Assembly: GCA_020850535.1 (NCBI GenBank)
Contig: JADZEM010000187.1
Location: 151,840-215,839, forward strand
Direction: 5' to 3'
DNA: 64,000 nucleotides
Origin: Chloroflexota bacterium
Lineage (GTDB): Bacteria; Chloroflexota; UBA6077; JACCZL01
Part shown: one piece after another, positions 41,758 through 51,472 of the stretch
How positions within the stretch are numbered: position 1 is the first letter of the stretch
Layout of the letters: every line of letters begins with the position of its first letter
The notes under the pieces: generated by a model
Databases searched by the model: none
What the model was told of the DNA's origin: nothing
The model's input: the letters and a program-made list of their open reading frames with translations, nothing else
Program-made: the position numbers and the translations under genes

Positions 41758-43584
41758 TCAGCCCGGCTGCGCTCCGAGTGCGCGCTCCAGAAAGTCCGCG
41801 ATCTTCGGGTAGGCGTCGAGCTTGTTCGGCAGCTTCGCCAATCCGTGACCCTCGTTCTCGTAGCGGTGGTACTCGACCGGCCGGCCCAGCTCCGTCAGCT
41901 TCGCGACCAGTTGCTCGGCCTCGTGGATCGGGACGCGTGGATCGTTGGCCCCGTGCACCACGAACAGCGGCGCGACGATCCTGTCCGCCTTGTGGATCGG
42001 CGAGATCGAGACCAGGAAGTCGTAGTGGTGCTCCAGAGAGCCATACTCAGCCTCCCGGAGACGCCGCCGCCAGGGGCCGGTCCGCTCCATGAATGTGACG
42101 AAGTTGGCGATGCCGACGATGTCCACGCCCGCCGCCCAGAGCTCCGGGTGCTCGGTCAGGGCGGCCAGCACCATGAAGCCGCCGTAGCTGCCGCCCATCA
42201 CGCCGATGCGCTTCGGATGCGCCAGCCCGGCCTGGACTGCCCAGGCCGCGCCGGCCGCCAGATCCTTGACCGAGTCCATGCGCTTCTCGACATCGTCCAG
42301 CTTGAGGTAGGTCTTGCCGTAGCCAGAGCTGCCGCGCACGTTCGGCGCGATCACCGTGAGCCCACGATTCGCCAGGAACTGGATCACCGGGTTGAAGACG
42401 GCCCGCGTCTGTGACTCCGGCCCGCCGTGCACGAAGAAGACAGCAGCCCCAGTACCATCCCGAGGCGCGTCGGGCGGCGAGAAGACGAAGGCCGGGATCG
42501 TCCGCCCGTCGAAGGTCGGGTACTCGATCAGCTCAGCAGGAGCCAGCTCGGCGACAGCCAGGCCAGCGCGCCAGGCGCTCGTCACCTGCGAGGCACGCGC
42601 CGTGGCGACGGACACGCTGAAGATGTCCGGCGGACAGGTCGGCTCGCTGAACGCGAACAGCGCCGCGCTGGAGTCCGGCAGCCACGAGAAGGTCGGCACC
42701 CAGCGGTAGCCGTCGTGCGCCTGCCCGGCCGGCAGGTCGATCTTGCGGTCTCCGCCGTCAGCAAGCTCGCGCAGGCGGACCTCGGAGATCCCGCCGCGAT
42801 TGAGCGTGTAGATCAGTTGCTCGCCGTTGGGCGAGAGCGCGAACGCGTCCACATCGCAGGCCGGCGTGAGCCGGGGCACCAGTTGCCCCGTCTCCGCGTC
42901 GAAGGCCACCAGCGCCAGGAACTCACGGCCGACGTCAGAGATCGCCAGGATCTGCCGGCCGTCCTCGGTCCAGGTCAGATTCTCGTAGACGGCCGGGGTG
43001 CCGCCCGGCGTGAGACGGGTCACCCCGCCCGTCTGCACGTCCAGGATGAAGACGGTCTGTTCGGACGGCGTGTCCAGGCGGCGCACCAGCAGCCGCTGCC
43101 CGTCTGGCGAGAACTGACTGGCGTAGCTGCTCCCGTCGGTCTGCCAGAGCACGCGCCGCGCTCCGGTCTCGACGTTCAACAGCTCCACGTCGAAGCAGCG
43201 TGGATCGCGACGATTCGTCGAGAGCGCAATCGTCTTGTTGTCCGGGTGCCAGCTTCCGAACAGATGGATCGTCTCGGGATCGTCAGTCAGCGGGACGGGC
43301 AGCTCGCCCGGGCGGTCCAGCAGAAACAGCTGCGTACGCTCGGCCCCACCCACGTCCGCCGCGACGATCAGCCGGCCCGGCAGCCGCGATGGGTACGCCG
43401 CCTGGGCCCGGTCGAGATTCACCACCAGCGGCTCGGGCCATGCGCCTTCCTCGCCCAGGGGCAGCGACCAGAGGGCCGGCACGCCTGTCAGGTCAGACAG
43501 GAAATACAGGCGGCGACCGCTGCCGTCGACCGTCGGACCGTACACTGACCGGGCGTTCAGAAACTGCTCGAACCGATACGTCAT
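41758..43584 (-). CDS. S9 family peptidase (prolyl oligopeptidase/acylaminoacyl peptidase type) with N-terminal beta-propeller
   Basis: C-terminal GGSYGG nucleophile elbow and alpha/beta hydrolase fold pattern; N-terminal TolB-like propeller repeats. Confidence 0.8.
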   Translation of the reverse strand: MTYRFEQFLNARSVYGPTVDGSGRRLYFLSDLTGVPALWSLPLGEEGAWPEPLVVNLDRAQAAYPSRLPGRLIVAADVGGAERTQLFLLDRPGELPVPLTDDPETIHLFGSWHPDNKTIALSTNRRDPRCFDVELLNVETGARRVLWQTDGSSYASQFSPDGQRLLVRRLDTPSEQTVFILDVQTGGVTRLTPGGTPAVYENLTWTEDGRQILAISDVGREFLALVAFDAETGQLVPRLTPACDVDAFALSPNGEQLIYTLNRGGISEVRLRELADGGDRKIDLPAGQAHDGYRWVPTFSWLPDSSAALFAFSEPTCPPDIFSVSVATARASQVTSAWRAGLAVAELAPAELIEYPTFDGRTIPAFVFSPPDAPRDGTGAAVFFVHGGPESQTRAVFNPVIQFLANRGLTVIAPNVRGSSGYGKTYLKLDDVEKRMDSVKDLAAGAAWAVQAGLAHPKRIGVMGGSYGGFMVLAALTEHPELWAAGVDIVGIANFVTFMERTGPWRRRLREAEYGSLEHHYDFLVSISPIHKADRIVAPLFVVHGANDPRVPIHEAEQLVAKLTELGRPVEYHRYENEGHGLAKLPNKLDAYPKIADFLERALGAQPG

Positions 43585-43835
43585 CCCGTGGTCCTCGCCT
43601 CACCGTCGCACTCGGCAGCGGCGGTCATCCACGTCGACCGCGTCAACCGCGCGCCTGGCGTCAACTCCCGGGCGTTCGGATACCGCCCAGACGCTCGCCA
43701 GACGGGAATGATACCGTGCGCGCCGCACTCAGTCGGCACGCATCCTGCTTTACCACCTCGCGAGCGGCCAAGGCCGCCGGGGTGCAGGGCGCTTTGGCCC
43801 TGCTCACGATACTCGGACTGAGGAGCAAGACACCA

Positions 43836-44084
43836 TGGCTGGACGCAAGGATGAGATCGTTGGCGGCGTGAAGAAGGGTCTCGGCAAGCTGACCGGCGAC
43901 CGTGCGCTTGAAGCCGAAGGCACGGCGCAGCAGGCCCACGGCGAGGCCGAGCGCAAGATGAGCGGCGCGGCCCAGGAGGTCAAGGGCAACATCAAGAAGG
44001 CGGCAGGGTCGGTCCTCGGGTCGCCGACGCTGAAGGCTGAGGGCGAGGCCGACAAGATCGCGGGGCGCGTCGAGCGCGCCTGAT
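43836..44084 (+). CDS. CsbD-family stress response protein
   Basis: 82 aa, Lys/Gly/Ala-rich repeats GKLTGD...EGTAQQAHGEAE...KGNIKK typical of CsbD. Confidence 0.75.
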
Positions 44085-44113
44085 CCACGCCATCACCTTG
44101 AGAGCCTGTTGCA

Positions 44114-44160
44114 GCCGCCACCCTCGTCGGAATCTCACCGCGAGGGTGGCGGCAATTGTT
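44114..44160 (+). terminator. intrinsic terminator-like hairpin after csbD
   Basis: Perfect 13-bp inverted repeat gccgccaccctcg / cgagggtggcggc, followed by AATTGTT. Confidence 0.5.
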
Positions 44161-44207
44161 ACGGCCCGCATATAGTGCGCGCACATCGAACGACAGGTGG
44201 AGCGCAG

Positions 44208-44618
44208 GTGGCGCCGTCTATCGTCTGGGGCATCGGTATCGGCCTCGTGATCGGGCTGGCGGACTCGATCACGGTCTTCCTCGAGGCGCATGCGATGGCG
44301 CCCGAATTGCCGATCTCTGAAGTCAACCTTCTGCTGAATATCGGGCTGTACTCGCTGATCGGCTTTCGGGTCGGCCGGGCGATGGGTCTCGTGCGCGACG
44401 CTGCCGAGGGCGGCGTCCTGGCCGGCTTCGTGGTCGCCCTGATCGACATCGGCTTCCTGCTGCTGCTCAAGCCAACGGTCGGGAGCCTCGCCGTCAGCTC
44501 GTGGATCGACGCCGTAGCGATCCTGGCGCAAAACGTTGCGATGGGCGGCGTCATCGGGATCGTCACCGGGTGGTTCGGCAGCCGGGACGAGGAGAGTAAC
44601 TCGGCGTCGCGCCTGTAA
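44208..44618 (+). CDS. small integral membrane protein (hypothetical)
   Basis: Four hydrophobic helices, good GC3. GTG 44208 chosen because the upstream part of the track ORF overlaps the csbD terminator hairpin. Confidence 0.4.
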   Translation: MAPSIVWGIGIGLVIGLADSITVFLEAHAMAPELPISEVNLLLNIGLYSLIGFRVGRAMGLVRDAAEGGVLAGFVVALIDIGFLLLLKPTVGSLAVSSWIDAVAILAQNVAMGGVIGIVTGWFGSRDEESNSASRL

Positions 44619-44680
44619 CGGCGTGATCCCGCCAGGCCGCCGGATCAGGCCACTCTGACCGATCCGAGAGCGCCGCCCGA

Positions 44681-45115
44681 TCAGGGAGCGATCACCGCGT
44701 AGACCCGTGGTCCGAGGATCACCGCGCCGGTCGTCGCCGCCGCCATCGCCGCCAGCAGCACCCCGCCGGCCGCCACGTCCTTCGCCACCTTTGCCAGCGG
44801 ATGGACGACCGGCGTCGTCAGGTCAACCACGGCCTCGATGGCCGTGTTGACGGCCTCGCCCACCATCACGAGCCCGATTGCCAGCACGAGCACCCCGAAC
44901 TCGGCCGCCGTGACGCCGACGCCGACGGCCACAGCCAGCACGGCGGCCATCGCCGTCAGATGGACCCGGAAGTTGGGCTGCGTGCGGGCGAGATAGCCGA
45001 TCCCCTCCCAGGCGTACCCAAAGCTGCGAAGAGTTCGCATCCAGGCCGCTCGCGACGGGACTGGTCGTTCCGGTCGTTCGATGAGCGGGAGCCTCTCGTC
45101 AGCGGTCACGACCAC
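44681..45115 (-). CDS. dgkA: diacylglycerol kinase (prokaryotic DgkA family)
   Basis: Three TM helices and a GEAVNTAIEAVVD-like active-site region. Conserved position after ybeY. Confidence 0.75.
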   Translation of the reverse strand: MVVTADERLPLIERPERPVPSRAAWMRTLRSFGYAWEGIGYLARTQPNFRVHLTAMAAVLAVAVGVGVTAAEFGVLVLAIGLVMVGEAVNTAIEAVVDLTTPVVHPLAKVAKDVAAGGVLLAAMAAATTGAVILGPRVYAVIAP

Positions 45116-45117
45116 GC

Positions 45118-45630
45118 TCAGGCGTCGCGCGTCAGTCCGGCGACGAGCAGCGCCGCCTCTTCGCGCGCACGCATCGTCGCCTGCTCGTCGGGCGCCTCGT
45201 GGTCGTGCCCCATAATGTGCAGCACGCCGTGCACGATCAGGTAGGCCAGCTCCCGCTCCACGGAGTGGCCGTACTCCTCGGCCTGCTCCACGGCGCGCGG
45301 ATACGAGACGATCACGTCGCCAAGCTCGCGCGGCACATCTGGCGGCAGCAGAAACCGCCCGTCCGCCTCGTCGTCGGCCTCCAACAGCGGAAACGAGAGC
45401 ACGTCCGTGGCCTTGTCGATGCCGCGATGCTGCTGGTTGATCTGCCGGATCTCCTCGTCGTCCACCAGCGTGACGGTGAGCACGACCGGACCCGAGACCC
45501 CCTCGCCTCGCAGGGCCGCCTCGCAGACGGCCCGGATGCGCCGGCGGTCCGGCTTCGCCCCGCTCTTGCGGCGGACGTGAAAGCGCAGGTCGAGATTCAG
45601 GGTCGGCGTCTGGGGAGCGTCGAGCGTCAT
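45118..45630 (-). CDS. ybeY: rRNA maturation RNase YbeY
   Basis: HGVLHIMGHDH zinc-binding motif. Confidence 0.9.
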   Translation of the reverse strand: MTLDAPQTPTLNLDLRFHVRRKSGAKPDRRRIRAVCEAALRGEGVSGPVVLTVTLVDDEEIRQINQQHRGIDKATDVLSFPLLEADDEADGRFLLPPDVPRELGDVIVSYPRAVEQAEEYGHSVERELAYLIVHGVLHIMGHDHEAPDEQATMRAREEAALLVAGLTRDA

Positions 45631-45643
45631 CGTGGGTCAGTCC

Positions 45644-47815
45644 CTAGCGGCCCGGCTCGCCAGCCGGCGCGACCAGCTCGCCGGCAACGGCCGGCGGCGC
45701 GACCACCACCGGGGCCGGTGCGCGCTCCGGGTACTCGATGCGCGGATGGTACATGCCGATCAGGATGGCCCGGAAGGCGTCCTTGATCCGTTGCACGTCC
45801 CGCAGCGTCAGGTCGCAGTCGTCAAGCTGCCCCTCGGACACGCGCCCCATCACCAGCTTCTCGACCAGGTTCGTGATCGCCTCAGCAGAGTGGTCGCGGC
45901 TGGCGCGGGCCGCCGCCTCGACCGAGTCCGCCATCATCAAAATCGCGCCTTCCTTGGTCTGCGGGCGCGGACCCGGGTATTTGAAGCGCTGTGGGTCTGG
46001 CGGGTGCTGCCCGGTCGAGGCCGCCGCATCGACCGCCTGGTCGTAGAAGAAGCTCACCAGGCGGGTGCCGTGGTGCTGCGGGATCAGCTCGCGGACGGCC
46101 GGCGGCACCCCATACTGCTCGCACAGCTCGACGCCGTCCCGCACGTGCGCCCGCACGATGTCGGCGCTGACTTCCGGCTCCAGCGTCTCGTGGACGTTCT
46201 CGCCACCGGCCTGATTCTCGACGAAGAAGTACGGTCGGCGCAGCTTCCCGATGTCGTGGTAGTACGCTCCGACGCGAACCAGGAGCGGGTCGGCCCCGAC
46301 TTCCTCGGCGGCGCGCTCGGCGAGATTGCCGACCATGATGCTGTGGTGGTAGGTGCCGGGCGCTTCCATGAGCAGGCGGCGCAGCAGCGGCTGGGTCGGA
46401 TTTGCCAGCTCCAGGAGCTGCATGGTCGTCGTGATGCCGAACAGGCGGCCCAGCACATAGGTCGCGCCGAGGGCCAGCGTGGACGAGACCACGCCGTTCA
46501 CGCCGCAGAACGCGGCGATCCGCGCAAGCGTCCAGACATCCTCACCGCGCTGGGCGAGCTGGAACGCGACGACCACGGCGATCTGGGTGAGCGCCACCAG
46601 GAGTCCGGCGACGAAGAAGACGTGCAGGCGTTCCCGCCGCCAGACCGCCCCCGCCGCCACCACACTGGTCGCGAGCGCCAGGGTCGCGGCCTCCAGCGAC
46701 GTGCCCGCCACGAAGCCAACCAGCACCCCGAGCAGCGCGCCGATCACAATGGCGAGGCGGCCGTCGATGAGCGTCGCGATGAGCATCGCGACGGCCGGCA
46801 GCGGGAAGGCGTAGATGAGGATCGGGAACGACGGGAGCACGAACTTCGCCGACACCACCGTCACAATCACCAGCAGCGCGATCAGGCCGAGGCTCCGATC
46901 CTGGGTGGCGAGGTTCTGGTGGAACGCCACGATGTAGGCCGCGATCATCGACATCGTCAGCACCGCGAATGCCGCCGCCGCCCCGACCTTCCGCCAGTCG
47001 GTCGTCGGGTTGCGTAGACCCAGCAGGTCGAGCTTCTCGATGTCCGCCGCCCCGACCACCTGGCCTTCGCGCAGCACCGTCTCATCCCGCTCGACGGTGA
47101 CCTGCACCGGCGCGACGGCCTCTTCCGCCTCCTTACGCAGCCGCTGCGTCGCTTCCTTGTTCGGGACAAGGTTCCCACCGACGAACCGGCTGGCAAGATC
47201 GACCGCCAGCAATCGCTCGGACTCGGTCAACTGGTCGCTGACCCGCAGCGGCAGCTCCCGGACCACCTCCGAGACGCGCCATTCTGGCAGCTTGTCCTTG
47301 AGCGCTTCCCAGAGCAGGCGTTGCGCCTCGCTGGAGACCGAGTACCAGCGGGCATCGTCAAGGGCGGCCAGGGCTGTGATCGACGGCTCCTCAAGTGGCG
47401 GCTGCCCGAGGCGCGACAACTGGCCTTTCCGCTGGTCGATGCTCTGCCCCGGGGCGTTCCGCGCCGCCGAGATGCTCTGCAGCAGGCTGTTCAGACCGGC
47501 CCGCTGACGCTGCACCATCGACGGGTCGATCTCGACGACTTCCTGGACCCGCTCGGCCGCCTTCTCACGCTCGGCCTTGGTGAGGACCGGGCTGGTATAG
47601 GTCAGCTTGCGCGGCGAAGAGATGTTGCGAAGGCTGACTTCGCCCTCGCGGACCTCGACGGCCAACGGCACGATGTTGACGCTCAGCAGGCCCCAGACCA
47701 CCAGCGAGAGCAGCCCGAACACGCCGGCAATACGCAACGCGCTGCGAGGCGCCTCCTGGCGAGCGCGCGTGCGCGAGCGGCGCTGGCGCGGCAGCGAGCC
47801 ACTGACAGAACTCAT
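45644..47815 (-). CDS. pgpH: 7TM-receptor HD-GYP/HDIG phosphohydrolase (PgpH/YqfF family, candidate c-di-AMP phosphodiesterase)
   Basis: Extracellular domain, 7TM block, and C-terminal HD domain (HHSIMVGNLAE..., HDIGK). Conserved neighbourhood with ybeY and dgkA. Confidence 0.8.
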   Translation of the reverse strand: MSSVSGSLPRQRRSRTRARQEAPRSALRIAGVFGLLSLVVWGLLSVNIVPLAVEVREGEVSLRNISSPRKLTYTSPVLTKAEREKAAERVQEVVEIDPSMVQRQRAGLNSLLQSISAARNAPGQSIDQRKGQLSRLGQPPLEEPSITALAALDDARWYSVSSEAQRLLWEALKDKLPEWRVSEVVRELPLRVSDQLTESERLLAVDLASRFVGGNLVPNKEATQRLRKEAEEAVAPVQVTVERDETVLREGQVVGAADIEKLDLLGLRNPTTDWRKVGAAAAFAVLTMSMIAAYIVAFHQNLATQDRSLGLIALLVIVTVVSAKFVLPSFPILIYAFPLPAVAMLIATLIDGRLAIVIGALLGVLVGFVAGTSLEAATLALATSVVAAGAVWRRERLHVFFVAGLLVALTQIAVVVAFQLAQRGEDVWTLARIAAFCGVNGVVSSTLALGATYVLGRLFGITTTMQLLELANPTQPLLRRLLMEAPGTYHHSIMVGNLAERAAEEVGADPLLVRVGAYYHDIGKLRRPYFFVENQAGGENVHETLEPEVSADIVRAHVRDGVELCEQYGVPPAVRELIPQHHGTRLVSFFYDQAVDAAASTGQHPPDPQRFKYPGPRPQTKEGAILMMADSVEAAARASRDHSAEAITNLVEKLVMGRVSEGQLDDCDLTLRDVQRIKDAFRAILIGMYHPRIEYPERAPAPVVVAPPAVAGELVAPAGEPGR

Positions 47816-47875
47816 CGCGACACTCCAACCACGCCGGGACTGGCCGTTCCGCCCTGCGCGGGCGTGGCGGGCAGG

Positions 47876-48427
47876 CTATCCAGCTGCACCCGTCAGGATG
47901 TTGCGGACGATCTCGCTGACGATCTTCATGTCAGCCTTGCCGCGCAGCTTCGGAGAGAGCGCCGCCATGGCCGCGCCCTGGGCCTTGAGTCCAGTGCTGA
48001 GGTCCATGCCGGCCAGCGTCTCGCGCACCACGACCTCGACCTGCTCGCGCGGCATCAGCTGCGGCAGGTACTTCTCGATCACCGCGAGCTGAGCCTCCTC
48101 GCGGGCGGCGAGGTCAGCCCGGTTGCCCTTGCGGAACTGGTCAATCGACTCGCGGTGCTGCTTCACCTGGCGGTTGACGACCCGCACGGCGTCATCGTCG
48201 GTCAACGTGTACGGTGCTCCCAGGTTCAGGACGCTGACGTCCACCGAGTTGAGGTTCGGGTAGCCGGCCTTCTTGGCGGCCGCGAGCACCTGCTGCTGCT
48301 GAAGGTCCAGCTCCTCCTTCTTGAGGGCAGCCCGCAACATCCGGACCGCGTCGCGGCGCACTTCATCGCCCGACCGCATGGCATCCTTCAGTTCATCCGT
48401 TAGCTTCTGCTCGATCTCGGTGGCCAC
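47876..48427 (-). CDS. GatB/YqeY domain protein
   Basis: Full-length similarity pattern to YqeY (LKDAMRSGD...LKKEE...IEKYLP). Confidence 0.8.
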   Translation of the reverse strand: MATEIEQKLTDELKDAMRSGDEVRRDAVRMLRAALKKEELDLQQQQVLAAAKKAGYPNLNSVDVSVLNLGAPYTLTDDDAVRVVNRQVKQHRESIDQFRKGNRADLAAREEAQLAVIEKYLPQLMPREQVEVVVRETLAGMDLSTGLKAQGAAMAALSPKLRGKADMKIVSEIVRNILTGAAG

Positions 48428-48673
48428 AGCTCGCTCTCACCAGGAGTCGGTCTCTCGGGATCGAGTATACACCCGTCCCGCGCCGCGCACGCGCATTGCG
48501 CGGGCAGGGCAATCGCATGTTCGTTGGCGTTCCCAGAACGTGGTGAGACGCGCTCAACATGCACGCCCATTGTGCGGCATTCGGGCAACCACCGGCCCGA
48601 CGCGGACTGCGGGGTCTGGCCCCCTGCGTCCGAGATTGCCTTTGCACCTGGAACGGTCTACCATCAGCACGCG

Positions 48674-49144
48674 ATGGAGATCCTGGAACGGCTTCTGCCC
48701 TCGTACTGGTGGACCGATCCCTCGGACGCGATTGGCGGGCCGCTGTGGGCGGCTTTCGCAGCGCTGCTCGGGCTGATGCTGGTGGCCGGAGTTGCCGCGT
48801 GGCTGTTGGCCCCACGCCTCGCGCCACACCACAGCCTGCACCGACGCCTGATCGTGCGGGCTGCGAAGTGGGTCGTGGGGTTTGCCGTCTGCGGGCTGTT
48901 CCTGCTGCTCTTCCGCTGGCAGCAGACGCCGTTCCTGTCCAGGCGGCTCTGGCTGTTCGTCTGGCTGGGGGCGGTGGTCGCCGCTGGCGTGTTCGCCCAA
49001 CGCTACCGCACGCGGACCTACCCGGAGGCGCTGGCCGCCTGGAACGACGAGGACCGCATCCGCCGGTACCTGCCGAAGCGCAGCCAGAGCGGCGGGCACC
49101 GGGGCGGCCACGCTCACCGCCCCAAGGGCCGCCGTCGCCGTTAG
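48674..49144 (+). CDS. hypothetical membrane protein with basic C-terminal tail
   Basis: Three hydrophobic helices. ATG 48674 chosen; the upstream part of the track ORF is low-quality. Confidence 0.35.
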   Translation: MEILERLLPSYWWTDPSDAIGGPLWAAFAALLGLMLVAGVAAWLLAPRLAPHHSLHRRLIVRAAKWVVGFAVCGLFLLLFRWQQTPFLSRRLWLFVWLGAVVAAGVFAQRYRTRTYPEALAAWNDEDRIRRYLPKRSQSGGHRGGHAHRPKGRRRR

Positions 49145-49270
49145 GACGAGCACCCCGTCCGGAGGCCCCGGATGTGGCGGGAGAATCAGGGTTGGCATCG
49201 TTCCAAGAACGGGTCCGAAACCGGACAGACGCTGCTACAATCATCGAGACGTAGGCGCGGTCGAGGAGAG

Positions 49271-50341
49271 ATGTCGATGGACCCGATGGGCGGCCAATCA
49301 GGGTATGCACCTGCGGGTCAGCAGGGAGGCGACGGCAGCGGCGCCTGTGGCACGTGCGGACGCCCGCTCCCGGCCCCTGACCTTGAGGCGGTCGCATCCG
49401 GCATCGACCAGACGCTGAGCGTCGAGACCGGCAAGATGGTGGCCCGCACAGCCTGGGCCGGGCGCGCCCCTGACGGCATGATGGATTCGCTGCTCTCGTT
49501 CATGCCGGGCGTCAAGGCGCGCCGGCAGCTCTGGGAGCGCGGTCAGGCCCTCTGGACCGAGCGGATGACCCAGGCGATCTCCGGGCCGTGCGACGCCTGC
49601 CTGGGCGTCTCGCAGGGAGCGGCCAACCCCGGCCTCTCGGCGTCACCGTACGGCGGGCAGCAGCCGTACCAGCCCACCTACCAGCCCCAGGAGTATCAGC
49701 CCCAGGGCGCCGGCGCGCCGCCTGACACGCCGTATGGCGCAACATCGGTCATGCCGGGGTACGGCGCACCGGCCGGCCAGCCTCCGCTGGACGACGACAG
49801 CAGCAAGACGGCGATGGTCTCGCCGTACACGCCGTCGCCGCCAGCCACCGAAGACGAGGACAATGCCACGTCGGCGGTCCCGGCGTTCTTGAGCCACGCC
49901 GCCCAGTCGCCGGCGGCCCCGGCGAACCCGAACGTGGCATCGCAGCCGCCGGCCAGCGCGCCACCTCCACCGCCAGCGTACGAGGGGGACGAGCACGAGT
50001 CACACACGGTCATGCTGACCGTTCCACCCAACCTCAATCTCCGAGGCGGCCCCCGTCTGGTGGTGCTGGAAGGGCCGGTTCACGGTCGGCAGTTCACGCT
50101 CGGCCGCCAGTTGACCACCATCGGGCGCAGCATCGGGTGTCACGTGACGGTGGAGGCGGACATCGTCGGCTACGATCACGCCCGCGTGGTGCGCGGCGAC
50201 GGCGGCTGGCACGTCGAGCCGATTGGCGGCGCGGGTGAGACCTACGTCAACGACGATCTGGTGACGGCCCCACGGTCGCTGCGGAACGGCGACGTGATCC
50301 GCATCGGTCCCGCGCGCATGCGCTTCGAATCGGCGGGTTGA
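49271..50341 (+). CDS. FHA-domain protein with N-terminal Cys pair and Pro/Gln/Tyr-rich low-complexity region
   Basis: C-terminal FHA signature (TIGRS..CHV......VSR.HA......W.V.......TYVND). N-terminal CGTCGRP; the central PYGGQQPYQPTYQPQ region is low complexity. Confidence 0.7.
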   Translation: MSMDPMGGQSGYAPAGQQGGDGSGACGTCGRPLPAPDLEAVASGIDQTLSVETGKMVARTAWAGRAPDGMMDSLLSFMPGVKARRQLWERGQALWTERMTQAISGPCDACLGVSQGAANPGLSASPYGGQQPYQPTYQPQEYQPQGAGAPPDTPYGATSVMPGYGAPAGQPPLDDDSSKTAMVSPYTPSPPATEDEDNATSAVPAFLSHAAQSPAAPANPNVASQPPASAPPPPPAYEGDEHESHTVMLTVPPNLNLRGGPRLVVLEGPVHGRQFTLGRQLTTIGRSIGCHVTVEADIVGYDHARVVRGDGGWHVEPIGGAGETYVNDDLVTAPRSLRNGDVIRIGPARMRFESAG

Positions 50342-50345
50342 CCCG

Positions 50346-51404
50346 ATGATGATGCAGCCGCCCCGCTGCCCCACCTGCGGCAACGAGAACCCGCCGGAGT
50401 ACCCGCCCGAAGAGTATCCGTTCTGCATCGAATGTGGGGCGCAGCTTGGCCCGTTTCGACCGCAAGCGCCGCAGGATCCGTACAACCGGCCGCAGCTCGA
50501 CCAGTACGGCCGGCCGCAGCCCGGCGGCCCGCCGTACGACCCCTACGGGCAGCAGCAAGGGCCGTACGGCGGCCAGCAGGGTGGCTATGGACAGGGCAAT
50601 CCCGGCTACGGTCCGGGCCCCGGACCTACGCCGTACGGCGGCCAGGACCAACAACCGTATGGCGGTGGGCAGCAAAGTCCGTATGGAAACCCGTATGGCG
50701 GCGGTGGGCAGCAGCAGGGTGGCTATGGGCCGCCCGGACCGGCGCCGTACGGAGGCCAGGACCAGCAGCCGTACAGCGCACCGGCACCGGCCGCCGCTCG
50801 GCTCGTCCTCGAGAGTGGCGTCGGCAAGGTCGAGTACCCGCTTGACGCGCCCGTTGTGACGATTGGCCGCTCACGCTCGAACGATATCAGCCTTGAGGAT
50901 GCGCGGGTCTCCCGACATCACGCGCGCGTCGTGCGGCAGGATCGTGGGTACGCCGTCGAAGACCTCAACAGCCGCAACGGCACCCGCGTGGACGACCGCT
51001 CGGTGCGAGACAGCGTGCCGCTGGCCGAGGGGTCGGTCATCAAGATCGGGGACGCGGTCTTCCGGTTCACCCAGGCCGCGGCAGCAGCAGGCGGCGGGCA
51101 GCTTGGCGGCCGCCCATCGCCGGCGCCGTGGGGCAGCCCGATCCCCGGCCCGGGTGCGCCGGTCCCGCAGGCGGCTCCGGTGGTCTACATGTCAGCCTGG
51201 AGCCCGGTGCAGTGCCCCAACTGCCAGGGCATGCGTACGATGGTGCAGATCGTCTACGGGCCGGCGGCACAGACGCCGGGGGCGCAGGCCGCTGCGCGGC
51301 AGGGCCAGATCGTCCTGGGCGAAGGTCCGGGCCATCCAGAAGGGCCGAACGCGGAGTGCAGAGCCTGCGGCACGCGCGTTCGGATCGTGCAGTCCGGATC
51401 GTAG
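50346..51404 (+). CDS. FHA-domain protein flanked by N- and C-terminal zinc-ribbon motifs, with PYGGQ-type disordered repeats
   Basis: CPTCG...CIECG at the N-terminus. Central FHA (VTIGRSRSNDISLEDARVSRHHARVV...YAVEDLNSRNGTRVDD). CPNCQG...CRACG at the C-terminus. Nucleotide-level repeats encode PYGGQDQQPY. Confidence 0.75.
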   Translation: MMMQPPRCPTCGNENPPEYPPEEYPFCIECGAQLGPFRPQAPQDPYNRPQLDQYGRPQPGGPPYDPYGQQQGPYGGQQGGYGQGNPGYGPGPGPTPYGGQDQQPYGGGQQSPYGNPYGGGGQQQGGYGPPGPAPYGGQDQQPYSAPAPAAARLVLESGVGKVEYPLDAPVVTIGRSRSNDISLEDARVSRHHARVVRQDRGYAVEDLNSRNGTRVDDRSVRDSVPLAEGSVIKIGDAVFRFTQAAAAAGGGQLGGRPSPAPWGSPIPGPGAPVPQAAPVVYMSAWSPVQCPNCQGMRTMVQIVYGPAAQTPGAQAAARQGQIVLGEGPGHPEGPNAECRACGTRVRIVQSGS

Positions 51405-51472
51405 GCTGGCTGGCGGCGCGATGATCACCCTGGCACTTCAGACGCCATCCTCATGAGCGAGCGAGCGCCGGC

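Noticed and set aside
43640-43700. tRNA-like T-arm (gggcg ttcggatac cgccc) in the csbD upstream region
   Set aside because: The loop is 9 nt, and no acceptor/anticodon arms can be built. The ttcggat similarity is probably coincidental.
44109-44207. Upstream part of the track ORF 44109-44618 (MQPPPSSESHREGGG...)
   Set aside because: It overlaps the perfect 13-bp csbD terminator hairpin and is hydrophilic junk. The hydrophobic membrane protein begins at or near GTG 44208.
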